Source of the DNA: Nitrospirota bacterium
GTDB taxonomy: Bacteria; Nitrospirota; UBA9217
Assembly: GCA_963790205.1 (NCBI GenBank)
Contig: CAWBNQ010000014.1
Coordinates: 160,001-224,000, forward strand
DNA: 64,000 nucleotides
Direction of reading: 5' to 3'
Shown here: one piece after another, positions 63,055 to 64,000 of the stretch
How the letters are laid out: each line of letters starts with the position of its first letter
How positions within the stretch are numbered: the stretch's first letter is position 1
Translations under genes and position numbers: made by a program
The notes under the pieces: model-generated
What the model saw: the letters and a program-made list of their open reading frames with translations, nothing else
The model's database searches: none
Told to the model about the DNA's origin: nothing

Positions 63055-64000
63055 CTACGCCGCTGCGGGCTGGCCGTTTTTGACGATGGCGTCGATATCG
63101 GCAGCGTCGAGGGTCTCTTTTTCAAGCAGGGCCTTTGCAAGGCCGTGGAGCGCGTCCGCCCGGTCCTGGATCAGGGTCCTGGCCCGGTGGTAGTTGTCCA
63201 TGACGATGCGTCTGACTTCGTTGTCGATCTCGACGGCCGTATGCTCGCTGTAATCACGGTGCTGCGCGATCTCCCGTCCGAGGAATATCTGCTCTTCCTT
63301 CTTGCCGTAGGAAAGCGGCCCCATGGCATCGCTCATGCCCCACTCGCAGACCATCTTCCGGGCGAGCGCCGTGGCGCGTTCGAGGTCGTTGCCCGCGCCG
63401 GTCGTCATGTGCTGGAGTGCGATCTCTTCCGCGGCCCTGCCGCCGAGCAGGATGGCAATGTTGTTCAGCAAATGCTCGCGGTCGTAGGAATACCGGTCGG
63501 CCGTGGGGAGCTGGAGCGTGACGCCCAGCGCCATGCCGCGCGGAATGATCGATACCTTGTGCACCGGGTCCGTCCCGGGAATGAGCCGGGCGACCAGGGT
63601 GTGGCCCGCCTCGTGGTAGGCCGTGTTCTTCTTTTCCTCGTCGCTGATGAGCATGCTCTTGCGCTCGAGGCCCATGAGGATCTTGTCCTTGGCGCGCTCG
63701 AAGTCATCGTTCTCGACCTGCGTCTTTGCCCATCCTGCCGGCAAGGAGCGCTGCTTCGTTCACGAGGTTCGCCAGTTCCGCTCCGGACAACCCCGGTGTG
63801 CCGCGCGCGATCGATTCGATGTCCACGTGCGGCGCGAGCTTGATCTTCTGCGTATGCACCTTGAGCACGCCGATCCTGCCGTTCAAGTCGGGCCGCGGGA
63901 TGACCACCATGCGGTCGAACCTGCCCGGCCGGAGGAGCGCGGGGTCGAGCACGTCGGGACGGTTGGTCGCGGCCACGAGGATAACGCCCTCGTTGCTCTC
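63055..64000 (-). CDS. ftsH: ATP-dependent Zn protease FtsH, 3' part (indel near 63740)
   Basis: [41 protein letters not shown]. Confidence 0.97.

Overview
Bacterial chromosomal segment with GC-rich coding DNA. The gene set (murJ-rpsT-holA-lptE-leuS, der, aspS, mqnB/mqnD, aroCKB, comEC, ftsH-folP-cdaA-cdaR-glmM) suggests a diderm anaerobe, probably Nitrospirota or Desulfobacterota-like; this is inference only. Many essential genes carry 1-2 bp indels (leuS, aspS, aroB, folP, ftsH, ccdA, moaD/E), which points to long-read consensus error rather than pseudogenes. Highlights: (1) an apparently single ~2660-aa polypeptide at 13094-21079 that fuses FixC-like oxidoreductase, FixX ferredoxin, two acyl-CoA dehydrogenase modules, EtfB and EtfA; (2) three selenoprotein genes that the ORF track misses or truncates, with four in-frame UGA codons and SECIS-like hairpins: an ArsM-like methyltransferase with two UGAs, a Sec-DsrE in an ArsR-dsrEFH-like-sqr operon, and a 55-aa dual-CXXC protein; (3) a cluster of Met/His/Gly-rich exported proteins sharing an ECF-sigma promoter; (4) a decaying accessory island with an IS5-family element, TA pairs, DUF4145/PIN genes and an internally deleted type IIG R-M gene; (5) many short-period tandem/inverted intergenic repeats, one nested in-frame in the giant gene. 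No rRNA, tRNA or CRISPR array was seen.
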